Below, in pieces: positions 10,401 to 19,404 of a stretch of DNA of 64,000 bases. The translations under genes and the position numbers were made by a program. This DNA comes from Abditibacterium sp. (GTDB lineage Bacteria; Armatimonadota; Abditibacteriia; Abditibacteriales; Abditibacteriaceae), in contig CBDASK010000003.1 in the NCBI GenBank assembly GCA_965199495.1, positions 2,368,001-2,432,000 of the forward strand, written 5' to 3'. Each line of letters starts with the position of its first letter. Position 1 is the stretch's first letter. Below the pieces are notes generated by a model. It had not been told where the DNA came from. It saw only the letters and a program-made list of their open reading frames with translations, and ran no database searches.

Positions 10401-10976
10401 AATTTTCAATTTGAACTGGACGAAAACCGCGCTCAAACGAGATTAGACGCGAAACCAGCCACGCCGACATCACTTGATGCGAGGGCATCTACGCCAACGT
10501 ACACCATGAAAAATGCGTATGGTCGAGCCATAGACGAAAATGGGCGCACTTTGATCGGAGCAGTCGCGCCCGAAATTCAGGCGTTTCGTTGGGCCAATGG
10601 AAAAGCAACGGCATTGGCGTCGTTGCGCAGCAAAGTCGTTTTGCTCGCTTTTCAAGATTTCACTTCCGGCGACAAAAAGGCTTTGAGCGATTTCGCGCGC
10701 TCATTCGCAACTACTGCGCGCGTCATCGGCGTTCAAATCAACACGCGCGGCTTCATCGGTTTTCAGCCGCGCATAGATACGGTTTCAACGCGGCTTGCCT
10801 TTCCCATCGCGATTGATGCTCCGCTTGGCGATAGCAATAGGATTGGCGGCTTCACTCTGCGCGCTTACGGTTTTGGTATTACGAGTATTTACGGTTACGC
10901 CGTTATCGAACGCGACGGCAAAGTCATTTACGCGGGCGACGAACTCAGTCGCGCCATTCGATTCGCCAGTCGTTAA
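7473..10976 (+). CDS. BlaR1-like M56 metallopeptidase with ~5 carboxypeptidase-regulatory-like repeats and a degenerate redoxin-like C-terminus
   Basis: HELAHCKRRD zinc motif, WFHPLSW and ECACDE; repeats GN.V.QG.I...KPLAG...TDARGYFRFN. Confidence 0.85.
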   Translation: MNTLFEALTRASAFGLAALFVALIAQFTLSKRAPAAWRAWIWRIALVQSAFALLPLAPIRWEILAPPTIAPIAATPSARAKPNEIFDTDNLNSSPLEMPDAPPLENALSLENALSLENASSLENASPVPIAKAPQKPFDWRALLLAIYAFGVAFQCAQLARGKRQLRRTLRDCKLNENADLIARLNELTARSHLKIAPQLLISEGGSPFLTGVFRPRIILPLALCEAENAQLDAVLAHELAHCKRRDLIWLGATWLLQTLLWFHPLSWAARRFHGLETECACDELALQLAPIAPQSYGALLLNSMNNSKFSSPLAAGTCDTLFALKTRLLRLNNAPKSPRKMEKFAFVIALVLSCGAVVPLKLVARAQNVPRVTPPKPKVAGNVIVQGVIKSNQTGKPLAGVPVILIPMSPSNFAPKKVFAFDEKGKPRLVAVLDVFPGLRNKQEIITDLRGYFRFNAVGRDYLILIDGKISVLPSKHTEFWARQAVITEMKTVLRWNTEFKLDEASQRSKQFELDEASQSFKQYVLKTLAGNAVVQGVIVSKQTKKPLAGAPVALLTRSVDPIPESSKGLKVATYQKTQTDARGYFRFNALGGEQMLLAGDSVEVDLNQPQPTIKAQTASSFKLKDRQMKYFNLALDALPKRGVADVAVPPSAIKKPGSAVVQGVVTSKQTRKPLAGVSVTLTTTKLETNRNGQTRSETLNTQKTRTDARGYFRFNAAEGLYRLLVNGRITIVIFRDAKGHPRKSNRPLQIELDEDRSDAATPPKTTGTGNAVVQGIVLAPRTKQPLAGAPMILKNGGKSQNSVTDARGYFRFNTGGGKQVLSVSTREPNAPADSKLFITFELENGQKRNLRLDWDEISDLSKAVIPTNLPRDKGTGNAVIQGIITSKQSKKPLVGVTMILVVGQVKLWSKDELLPAKAKYQVTATDALGYFRFNSSVGEKNLLINGKISPDANKVDRFLAPQIAGFSLKSAERRNFQFELDENRAQTRLDAKPATPTSLDARASTPTYTMKNAYGRAIDENGRTLIGAVAPEIQAFRWANGKATALASLRSKVVLLAFQDFTSGDKKALSDFARSFATTARVIGVQINTRGFIGFQPRIDTVSTRLAFPIAIDAPLGDSNRIGGFTLRAYGFGITSIYGYAVIERDGKVIYAGDELSRAIRFASR
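7780..7851 (+). repeat. In-frame 18-bp tandem repeat, 4 copies (LENALS)
   Basis: CACTCGAAAACGCGT(T/C)A(T/C) four times. Confidence 0.9.
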
Positions 10977-10979
10977 TGC

Positions 10980-11018
10980 AAAAAGCCGCTTTTCTCGCGA
11001 AGAGAAAAGCGGCTCTTT
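10980..11018. terminator. Bidirectional terminator between convergent genes
   Basis: AGCCGCTTTTCTC-GCGAA-GAGAAAAGCGGCT with A and T flanks. Confidence 0.7.
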
Positions 11019-11029
11019 CGCGCCAAAAC

Positions 11030-11758
11030 CTAATTCCCACTCAACGGTTCGGTAATCACGATGCCGTTTTCGTGTTGAATTTCATACACGTACTCGCGCA
11101 GTTGAACCGGCGTTGCGCGCATTTTGCGCACGAACATCGCGCGTTTGTAGCGGCCCTCTTCGGCCTCGACCAATCTCAATCGAATGACGCCCGACACCAG
11201 AAATTCTTCGACTGAATGTTCGGCCTGGCCCATCGCGCCCGGCCAGATGTGCGAGGTCATAATCGTGGTGCAACCCAAATTATCGTCGATCGAGAAGATC
11301 AGTTCGCGGATGAATTCCTGCACGTCGTGAACGCGTTCGCGGTGCAAAACCAAAGGCACAATCGAATCGAAAATTAAGCGTTTGGCGTTGATGCGACGAA
11401 TTTGTTTGGCCAAATCCTGGATGACTTCGGTGGTGTCAATCGTGTTATTTTTGCCCTGACGCACCCAGTTGAAATAGGGCGAGACATCGAGCAAAGTGAG
11501 GCGACCGGCTTCGACGGGCGTGCGCAAGTCCCAGCCCAGACTTTCGGCGTCTTCGACAACGTGCGCCGGTTTTTCGTCCACCGAAATATAGATGCCGTTT
11601 TCGCCGCGCCGCAAACCTTCGAGGATGAACTGCGCGCAAAACGTGGTCTTGCCCGTGCCCGGCTCGCCCGTCAAAAGATAGCTTTTGCCCTGGGGCAAAC
11701 CGCCCTGTAAAATGTCGTCCAGTCCGGCGATTCCGGTGGGAACTCTTGCTCGTGCCAT
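11030..11758 (-). CDS. Single-domain KaiC/RAD55-like RecA-superfamily ATPase
   Basis: TGIAGLDDILQGGLP, Walker A GEPGTGKT, RLIFDS, EEFLVSG, VRKMR. Confidence 0.9.
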   Translation of the reverse strand: MARARVPTGIAGLDDILQGGLPQGKSYLLTGEPGTGKTTFCAQFILEGLRRGENGIYISVDEKPAHVVEDAESLGWDLRTPVEAGRLTLLDVSPYFNWVRQGKNNTIDTTEVIQDLAKQIRRINAKRLIFDSIVPLVLHRERVHDVQEFIRELIFSIDDNLGCTTIMTSHIWPGAMGQAEHSVEEFLVSGVIRLRLVEAEEGRYKRAMFVRKMRATPVQLREYVYEIQHENGIVITEPLSGN

Positions 11759-11881
11759 AATTTTAATTTCCTAAGTTTGAGCGCCGCCATCTTTTTGGCG
11801 CGCCGCCAAGTGTAACAAGGCAATCGCCACGCCAACAGGATGAACCGCAAATCGCGTTCTCATTTGCGTGGAGAAAGCGCG

Positions 11882-12664
11882 CTAATCGGTTTGTCCATCG
11901 TCTTGCCCGACATCCGTTTGCAACTGCGCCGCCTCGCGCGAGTTTTCGACTTTCTGAGACAACTTGACCGCGAGCGGCGTAATCGCGAAGAACACCACAA
12001 CTGCTGCCGCCGTGGCTGCCCAGCGCGCGGGCGTGGCTCTAAATTCGGGCAGGCTGTTGGGCATGATATTACCCAGAATAAAGCCGCCGAGCAAACCGCC
12101 CATGTGACCGAAATTATCAATGTTGCCAAACGTGCCGCTAAAACCAATGGCGATGTTGATGCCGATGAACATCAGCATCTGCGAACCGAAGGTATCCCAG
12201 TAAGAGCGGCGACGCAGCGAAATCGCCAGAAACGCGCCCGCCAACCCGAAAATCGCGCCGCTCGCGCCGACCGAATTGCCGCCGCTCCACACCAAACTCA
12301 TCAGGCTCGAAGTCCAGCCCGTCGCCAGATAAAGCAGCAGAAATTTGGGCGCGCCATAAATGCGCTCGATGGCGGGGCCGATTTGATACAGCACATACAT
12401 ATTGAACGCGATATGAATGAAGCCGCCGTGCAAAAACGTGCAACTGATGAGGCGCCACCATTCGCCCTGCCGCACCAAATCGGAATACATCGAGCCGAAC
12501 TTAATCAGCACATCGCTATCGGTATCGCCAAAGCCACCGCGTCCACCGGTGATGGTATACATCAGCAGACAAATCGCCATCATCGCGTAAGTCGCGTAGG
12601 GAATATATTCGCTTTGCTCGCGATATTGCCGCCCGACGTTGACGGGTTGGGGAGATTGATTCAT
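11882..12664 (-). CDS. Rhomboid intramembrane serine protease
   Basis: GEWWRL, FLHGG..HIAFN, GASGAIFG, GHMGG. Confidence 0.93.
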   Translation of the reverse strand: MNQSPQPVNVGRQYREQSEYIPYATYAMMAICLLMYTITGGRGGFGDTDSDVLIKFGSMYSDLVRQGEWWRLISCTFLHGGFIHIAFNMYVLYQIGPAIERIYGAPKFLLLYLATGWTSSLMSLVWSGGNSVGASGAIFGLAGAFLAISLRRRSYWDTFGSQMLMFIGINIAIGFSGTFGNIDNFGHMGGLLGGFILGNIMPNSLPEFRATPARWAATAAAVVVFFAITPLAVKLSQKVENSREAAQLQTDVGQDDGQTD

Positions 12665-12669
12665 AAGCG

Positions 12670-14190
12670 TTAAACCAACGCGCCAATGTGCCTAAACGTT
12701 GCCTTGAGAGCGGGATATAATTCGCCGTAAATCCGATAATACTCGTCGTAAACGCGCGCATTGGCTTCGATGACGCTCGCGCCGCGCGAAACTTTAACTA
12801 CGGCATGACACGCTTCCTCGACATCGGCGTAAATATCGGTTCCCACGCCCGCCAGCAGCGCCGCGCCCAACGCCGGGCCTTCGTCAATGGCGATGTTGGA
12901 AAGCGGATAACCGAAGACATCGGCCTGAATTTGGCGCCATACGCTCGATTTGGCGCCGCCGCCCGAACAACGCACGTTGCCAATCGAAACGCCCATTGAC
13001 TTCATAATTTCCAGACTATCGCGCAACCCAAACGAGACGCCTTCCAAAACCGCGCGCGCCATGTGCGCTTTGGTGTGGCGCACCGTCAATCCGACGAACG
13101 CGCCGCGCGCCAACGGGTCGGGATGCGGCGTGCGTTCGCCGCTCAGATAGGGCAAAAACAGCAAGCCTTCGGCGCCCGGCGCGACCGTATCGGCTTCGCG
13201 CGCGATCAAATCGTAGGCGTCAATGTTCATATGTTGAGCGACCGATTTTTCCGACCGCGCCAGAGTATCGCGATACCAGCGCAGACTGCCGCCCGCGCTT
13301 AACATCACGCCCATGACGTGCCATTTGTTCGGCACAGCATGACAAAACGTGTGCATACGCAATTGCGGGTCAACTGTCGGCGTGTCGGCGAAAGCGAAAA
13401 CGACGCCGCTCGTGCCGGTCGCGACCGAAATGATGCCGCTTTGCACGATGCCGTTGCCGACCGCGCCCGCCGCCTGATCGCCGCCGCCGCCCACAACCGG
13501 CGTGCCCGGCTTGAGGCCGGTGAGTTGCGCCGCGCGCGCCGAAATATGGCCCGAAATCTCGTGACTTTCGTAGACGCGCGGCAAGTGCGAAAGCGGAATA
13601 TCGAGCTTGTCGCACACGACGTGGCTCCATCGGCGTTGGGGCACATTCAACAGCAATGTGCCCGACGCATCGGAAACTTCGGTCGCGAATTCGCCGGTCA
13701 GTTCGTAGCGCACGTAATCTTTGGGCAGCAAAATCATGCGCGCGCGCTCGTAAATCGCGGGTTCGTTTTCGCGCACCCACAGAATTTTGGGCGCGGTAAA
13801 ACCCGTGAGCGCCGGATTGGCGGTTTCGCTCACCAAGGTTTCCAATCCGACAATTTGCGTGATTTCATCGCACTGTTTTTGGGTGCGCCCATCGTTCCAC
13901 AAAATCGCCGGACGCAACACCGCGCCGTTTTCGTCCAGCAAAACCAAACCGTGCATCTGGCCGCTCAATCCGATGCCCGCGATAGCGTCGTTGCCGATTT
14001 GCGCGACGATCTGGCGGCAACATACAGCCACGGCGTCCCACCACAGCGCGGGGTCTTGCTCGGCCCACAACGGTTTGGGAGACGAATAATCGTATTCGAC
14101 GTGCGCGGTCGCGACGAGAACGCCGCCTTCGTCAATCGCGATGACTTTAGTGCCGGACGTGCCGATGTCGATGCCGAGTAAATAAGACAT
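12670..14190 (-). CDS. xylB: Xylulokinase
   Basis: GIDIGTSG, SGQMHG, WNDGR, SDASGT, GGGDQAA, PYLSGERTP. Confidence 0.93.
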   Translation of the reverse strand: MSYLLGIDIGTSGTKVIAIDEGGVLVATAHVEYDYSSPKPLWAEQDPALWWDAVAVCCRQIVAQIGNDAIAGIGLSGQMHGLVLLDENGAVLRPAILWNDGRTQKQCDEITQIVGLETLVSETANPALTGFTAPKILWVRENEPAIYERARMILLPKDYVRYELTGEFATEVSDASGTLLLNVPQRRWSHVVCDKLDIPLSHLPRVYESHEISGHISARAAQLTGLKPGTPVVGGGGDQAAGAVGNGIVQSGIISVATGTSGVVFAFADTPTVDPQLRMHTFCHAVPNKWHVMGVMLSAGGSLRWYRDTLARSEKSVAQHMNIDAYDLIAREADTVAPGAEGLLFLPYLSGERTPHPDPLARGAFVGLTVRHTKAHMARAVLEGVSFGLRDSLEIMKSMGVSIGNVRCSGGGAKSSVWRQIQADVFGYPLSNIAIDEGPALGAALLAGVGTDIYADVEEACHAVVKVSRGASVIEANARVYDEYYRIYGELYPALKATFRHIGALV

Positions 14191-14226
14191 AAATTGGATT
14201 GAAGCCTCTATTTTACCAACTCGCGC

Positions 14227-14425
14227 GTAAAAGTTACGCAATTGGTCTGCGCCTGTCATTTCGAGTGAGGCACGAACCGAGAATAGGACGGCCCCGCGCC
14301 AGCGGAGACAATACGAAAGCCCAAACGTAAAAGTCGCTCCAACCTGCGCTGCCGCGCGGGCGAAAGATTTCTCGGTTCGTGCCTCACTCGAAATGACAGG
14401 CGCAGACCAATTGCGTAACTTTTAC
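14227..14425. repeat. Long palindrome, GTCAT family
   Basis: 57-bp perfect inverted arms 14227-14283 and 14369-14425. Confidence 0.88.
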
Positions 14426-14489
14426 CTATGATTTGATTTTCGCGCGATACCGAATAAACTCTACGCGCTCATTTATTGGTGTAATACCG

Positions 14490-16529
14490 ATGCAACTCAA
14501 TCCGATTCTCGCTCTGGAACTGCGCGCGCGCTGGCGTATGAACCGTTCGCATTTGCTGCTGTTGGGCGTGGTGCTGGCGCTCAGTTTTTTGGCGGCGTTT
14601 GTCTACCAAAGCGCGGGGCTTCGCAACGACAACGACGCGGCGCTGGCGAGCGCGAGCGCGCTCAATCCGAGCGCGGCGCTGCAAAGTTTTAATGGCGGCG
14701 CGTCGGCGATTGGGCGCCAACTGTTTATGGCCATCGCGCACGCCAATATTTTGAGCTGGCTTTTGCTGTCGGTGGCCTCGGCAGCCACCGGCATCGCGCG
14801 CGAACGCGAGCGCGGCTTGCTCGAATCGTTGCAACTGTCGCACATGAGCGCGCCCGACCAGATTCGCGCGCGCTTTTTCGCCAACGTTTTGCTGCTCAGC
14901 CTGCTGCAACTGGTGCTGTTGCCGGTCTACTGCGTGGCGATGATGATGGGCGGCGTTTCGGTCTCCGAAGTCGCTGGAGCGATTTATCTGGCGACCTGCG
15001 CGGCGATTCTGGGCACCGCCATCGGGTTATGGTTTTCGGCGCGCTCGCACCGGCCAACCAACGCGCTGTTTGGCTCGCTGAGCACCATCCTTTTGTTATC
15101 GGTCGGGCTTTTCTACTGGATTCAAGATACCAGTATGTGGGCCAGCCGGTTTGGGCGTTCCATTCACTGGGAAACTTTGTGGCCGATGCTGTTGCATCCG
15201 AGCGGCCTGTTTTGGGCGCTGACCGATCCGATGCCCAAATGGACTTGGTCGCCGCTTGAAATGGTCGTCGGCGCTGGCGCGTTGTGGACGCTGTCGAGTC
15301 TGCTTTTGCTTTCGATGGCCGCGCGCAACGTCAACCGCTCGTTGCCGGTGGCTGCATGGCGCACCGGTTCGGTCTGGGTCGAGAAACTCAAGCAAAAACA
15401 GGTGGCGGCCCCGCCCAAATCGGTGCGCGCGCAACGCACCAACGACGCTCTGCTCGCCGACATTCCGCTCGACCGTTTCGTCAAGTTCGCCGATCCGTTG
15501 TTGTCGCGTGAAGTCAAGTCGCGCTTTCGCTTGCGCCGCGCCGGGTTCTGGCTGAGTGTCGTGCGCGGCGCCCTATTTTTAGGTGCGGCGGCGGCGTGGT
15601 TGTTTGAAGTGTTCTGGCTCTTCGATCCGCCCTCGCGCAATCAAATGGCGCCTTATGGTTTGCGCGTGCTGCTTTATGGCGGCACGCTTTGTCTGGCGGT
15701 TTTGGCGGCGACTTCGTGGACGCGCGAGCGCGAAAGCGGGACATGGGAATCGCTCAAACTTTCGCTCTTGACGCCGCGCCAAATTCTGCGCGCCAAATGG
15801 CTTTCGCCGCTCATTTCGTTCGCTTACTATTCGGCGCCCCTGTGGGTTTTGCTGCCGATTGGCGCGCTGTTTATTAACTTCAACTCGTTCGCGGCGGGCG
15901 TCGTCGTGGTGGCGGCGTGGCTGGGTTTGGCGGTCGCACTGGGGCTTTGGATGTCGTGGCGCGTGCGCAACGGCACCGCCGCCATCGCGTGGACGGTCGG
16001 CGTTTTGGCGCTGCTTTTGATTGCCGTGCCGTGGCTCAACGCTCTGGCAGGCGTGGACGACACGCTGGCGAGCTGGAAATATGGCGTTGGCAACCCCGTA
16101 GAGATCTACAACGCGATTTATATGGGGCCTCCCAACAGCGCGGCCCTGCCTCGTTTCGCCAAAATTTACGAGCAGCAAAGCGGCGCTAAAGCGACGGAGA
16201 TTTTTACCAATAACTTCGGCATGGCGATGGGTTCTTATTACACTCCGGGCCTACAAAGTTGGGTGCGCGACAAAATCGGAGAAACCGACAAATTCAAACG
16301 CGGGTTACGCGTCTGGCATCCCGGCGAGGCTCTGGAACGATTGTTTAGAGACGCGTCGTCACGAGACAATTTGTCTTATCCCTATTACGGGAACAATGAG
16401 ACGAACCTCGACTTGGCCGCCGAAACCAAAAGCGCGGTTTTGTGGAGCGTCCTCAGTCCATTTTTCCTCACGATGATTTTGTTATTATTGCTGCGTCGCG
16501 ACGTGAAAAGGGAACAGTTGAACGCGTGA
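14490..16529 (+). CDS. ABC-2-type permease-like membrane protein with two homologous halves
   Basis: NPILALELR/DPLLSREVK and IARERERGLLESL/TRERESGTWESL duplicated motifs; many TM segments. Confidence 0.8.
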   Translation: MQLNPILALELRARWRMNRSHLLLLGVVLALSFLAAFVYQSAGLRNDNDAALASASALNPSAALQSFNGGASAIGRQLFMAIAHANILSWLLLSVASAATGIARERERGLLESLQLSHMSAPDQIRARFFANVLLLSLLQLVLLPVYCVAMMMGGVSVSEVAGAIYLATCAAILGTAIGLWFSARSHRPTNALFGSLSTILLLSVGLFYWIQDTSMWASRFGRSIHWETLWPMLLHPSGLFWALTDPMPKWTWSPLEMVVGAGALWTLSSLLLLSMAARNVNRSLPVAAWRTGSVWVEKLKQKQVAAPPKSVRAQRTNDALLADIPLDRFVKFADPLLSREVKSRFRLRRAGFWLSVVRGALFLGAAAAWLFEVFWLFDPPSRNQMAPYGLRVLLYGGTLCLAVLAATSWTRERESGTWESLKLSLLTPRQILRAKWLSPLISFAYYSAPLWVLLPIGALFINFNSFAAGVVVVAAWLGLAVALGLWMSWRVRNGTAAIAWTVGVLALLLIAVPWLNALAGVDDTLASWKYGVGNPVEIYNAIYMGPPNSAALPRFAKIYEQQSGAKATEIFTNNFGMAMGSYYTPGLQSWVRDKIGETDKFKRGLRVWHPGEALERLFRDASSRDNLSYPYYGNNETNLDLAAETKSAVLWSVLSPFFLTMILLLLLRRDVKREQLNA

Positions 16530-16585
16530 GATTAAGTTCAGGCCGGGTAGTGCGTCAGCCCCGCCAAATTTCATCCGTTAATTTT

Positions 16586-17518
16586 ATGAAACAGACCGAA
16601 ATTATCCGCCAACTGCGCCCGGTTATCGAAAGCGCGCTCGTCCAAGCCGAGCCACACTGCGGGTTGGGAACCGGTAGCGGCCTAATTTTCACCGGCAACT
16701 ACGATTGGCATTCGAGCGTTCACGCGCACTGGGCGCTGCTTTCAATGGCGCGCGCGGGCGCAGACAACGAATTGCGCGACACAATTTTAGCGCGTTTATC
16801 GCCGCATAATTTGGCGGCGGAACACGAGTTTTTGGCGCGTGATACACAATTTGAATTGCCCTATGGTCGCGCGTGGCTGGCGTTGTTGTTAAGCGAATTA
16901 GAAAAGCATCCGCACAATTACGCCGAGTTGCCGCAATTGCGCGCGCTCATCGAAACGCAAGTCATCGAATGGCTCGAACAAACGCCGTTTGAAGCGAACG
17001 CGCCCCGCGCGACGGGCGCGAATATAGCGTGCGGTAGCCATCAATCGTGGCTGTTCGCCTATTTGTTGTTGCAACTCAGCGCGCCCTTAACGCCGATTCA
17101 AGCGCGTTTGAACGATTTGTTCCCGCGCATCGAAGCCGCGCGTTTGCGCATCGCGCGAACGCGCCCAAGCGACTACGATTTCCTGTATTTGCCCGCCGTT
17201 TTACAAGCAATCGAAGCCACGCGCTCGATAGCAGCCACGGCGGCGCCGTATCGTCATTCGACGCGACCGAAATGGCAAACGCTCGACCGCGCCAACTGTC
17301 ACACGGCGGGCGCCAACGTCACGCGTTTGTGGCCGCGCGCGTTCGAGGGCCAATTTAGCCGCGCTTTAAACGACGTATTCAAACGGCGCGAACAGTGGGC
17401 GGGCGATTTTTTGTATGTTTCGCATTGGGTGCCGCAGTTCATCTGGCTGGGCGCGCTGCTCGAACGCGGCGAATTTGCGGCGCGTTCGCCAGAAAGAGAA
17501 AAGACGATTTTAGCTTGA
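16586..17518 (+). CDS. DUF2891-like protein
   Basis: YDWHSSVHAHW, FELPYGRAWL and C-terminal SHW motifs. Confidence 0.7.
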   Translation: MKQTEIIRQLRPVIESALVQAEPHCGLGTGSGLIFTGNYDWHSSVHAHWALLSMARAGADNELRDTILARLSPHNLAAEHEFLARDTQFELPYGRAWLALLLSELEKHPHNYAELPQLRALIETQVIEWLEQTPFEANAPRATGANIACGSHQSWLFAYLLLQLSAPLTPIQARLNDLFPRIEAARLRIARTRPSDYDFLYLPAVLQAIEATRSIAATAAPYRHSTRPKWQTLDRANCHTAGANVTRLWPRAFEGQFSRALNDVFKRREQWAGDFLYVSHWVPQFIWLGALLERGEFAARSPEREKTILA

Positions 17519-17543
17519 GAATCATGGCCCAGACGGGGAAAAG

Positions 17544-19052
17544 TTACGACTTCGCCCTGTCCAGCAAATGCGATAGGCGATTCGCTCTGGCTGCGCGCGC
17601 GATTTGGGCGGCGGTGCGCCCCGCATTATCGCGTGTGTCGAGGCGGGCGCCGCGGCCCAGCAGCATTCGGGCGAACTCGACGCGCGTTTCGGGCCTGTAA
17701 TACTCGGCATCCGATGTGGCCTCGCCAAACGGGGTCGCCAGCAACATCAGCGCGGTGCGGCCTTTGCGGTCGCGCCGGTTGGGGTCGGCGCCGTGACGCA
17801 AAAGCACGCGCGCCCAAGCGGGATCGCTCGTCACGCCGCCTTCGCCATAGCCCTGTTGCGCGGCCCGCATCAACGCTGTTGTGCCCCGGCTATCGACGGC
17901 GTTGATGTCGGCGCCGTAGGCCAATAGCGTTTTAAGCGCGGCTTTGTTCTGGCAGTTGATAATCGCGCTATTTCCTTCATCGTCACGCGCGTTCACGCGC
18001 GCGCCCCACGCCACCAACAAACGGATTTTGGCCGCGCTATCCGCCGCGTTCATCAACGCGGTTTCGCCGTCGTTATCGCGGGCGCGCACGTTGGCACGCG
18101 CCGCCAAAAGCAGTCGCGAAACTTCGAGCGAAGCGTTCATCAACGGCGTTTGGCCCCGGTCATCGGGGATATTGGGATCGGCGCCTCGCTTTAACAGCAG
18201 ACGCGCGATATCCGGCTTATCGGCGGCGCGCAACAAAGGCGTTTGCAAACTGAGGATTTCGTCGGGCGGTTCGTCGGGCGGGTAATCGCTCAAAACACTG
18301 TTTGGGTCGGCGCCCAACTTTAACAGAACTTCAACCTTGGACTTGTCAGCTTTTTCTCCAGGGTAGGCGATGGCATCGTGCAACCGCTCGTCCAACGATT
18401 TTTGCTCCTTTGAAGGCAGAGGATGCCCCTGGCCGACGCGCGCACCGTGCCCGCGCAACAGGTCGGCGACGGGTTTGTGAGCGAAGTAAACCGCCCATTC
18501 GAGCGGCGTTTTGCCGAAGCGGTCGCGCACGTTGGGGTTGGCGCCCGCGTTCAGCAAAATTTTGGTTTGTTCGGCGCGCCCCAGATAAGCAGCCACGCCG
18601 AGCGGCGAAAGTCCGGTTTTACTGCTCGTGTTGGGGTTGGCGCCATGAGCCAGCAGATCGCGCAATATCGCGACGTAAGTCGCCTTCCACGCGGCTCGCT
18701 GAGCGGGTGTCGGTGGCGCAGTCGCATCGTTGTCGTTGTATCCGCTCAGGGGCGCCTGCGCCGCGCTCCAAACCGGCGTTTCGCCGTTGGAGTTGGCCTT
18801 ATCAACGTCGGCGCCGCGCGTCAGTAACAGATGCACGACTTCGGGATAACCAAAGCTCACGGCATCGATCAGCAAGGTATCGCTATCGGCGTTCTCCGTC
18901 GGCTGATTGATCGGACGACCTTTGTCGAGCAACTTGCGCACGCGAATCAACTCGGCGGCGCGCTCGGATTGCGATTGTTGCGCGACGCAGTGTCGCGCCG
19001 TAAAAGGACAAATCAGCGCCAGCCCCAACGCGAAAACAGAACAATAACGCAT
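17544..19052 (-). CDS. Exported ankyrin-repeat protein
   Basis: Signal peptide and many G.TPL/TAL...LL..GADPN repeats. Confidence 0.9.
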   Translation of the reverse strand: MRYCSVFALGLALICPFTARHCVAQQSQSERAAELIRVRKLLDKGRPINQPTENADSDTLLIDAVSFGYPEVVHLLLTRGADVDKANSNGETPVWSAAQAPLSGYNDNDATAPPTPAQRAAWKATYVAILRDLLAHGANPNTSSKTGLSPLGVAAYLGRAEQTKILLNAGANPNVRDRFGKTPLEWAVYFAHKPVADLLRGHGARVGQGHPLPSKEQKSLDERLHDAIAYPGEKADKSKVEVLLKLGADPNSVLSDYPPDEPPDEILSLQTPLLRAADKPDIARLLLKRGADPNIPDDRGQTPLMNASLEVSRLLLAARANVRARDNDGETALMNAADSAAKIRLLVAWGARVNARDDEGNSAIINCQNKAALKTLLAYGADINAVDSRGTTALMRAAQQGYGEGGVTSDPAWARVLLRHGADPNRRDRKGRTALMLLATPFGEATSDAEYYRPETRVEFARMLLGRGARLDTRDNAGRTAAQIARAARANRLSHLLDRAKS

Positions 19053-19336
19053 AAATAAATGTCTCCCTCGCCTCAGCTTACTAAAAAAGCGGTAGAACAC
19101 CAAACCCGGAGCGCCTGAATAAAAGAGCGTTTCGTCACAACAGCGCGCGAGAATTGCCGCTCGACTAAAACCGGTGTCCGCCCGCAAGCGGGCACCCGGT
19201 ATGTGGCGCCGATATTGTCCCTGCGGGCAAAAGCGAATTTCGGGTTTTCGGCGCAGACCGAAAGTCAGCGGCAATGCCGCTCAGAGCGCCAATTTCAAAC
19301 TCCCAATAGCTTATTTCTCTTGAACGCCATCGTCCT

Positions 19337-19360
19337 ATTGTTCGATGAAACTCGAACAAT
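19337..19360. promoter_or_regulatory. Palindromic operator upstream of trxB
   Basis: ATTGTTCGA-N6-TCGAACAAT; near-identical site at 33573 upstream of trxA. Confidence 0.7.
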
Positions 19361-19404
19361 GATTAAAGCGTCGAGATAGACTGAACACGCGAGGACAACA
19401 AACT

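Noticed and set aside
11030..11758. Circadian clock locus
   Set aside because: Single ATPase domain only, with no kaiA or kaiB.
19224..19279. c-di-GMP-I riboswitch (GGCAAA...GGCGCA...TGCC)
   Set aside because: Lacks the GNRA-capped P1 and a full-length second hairpin; kept only as an unassigned structure.
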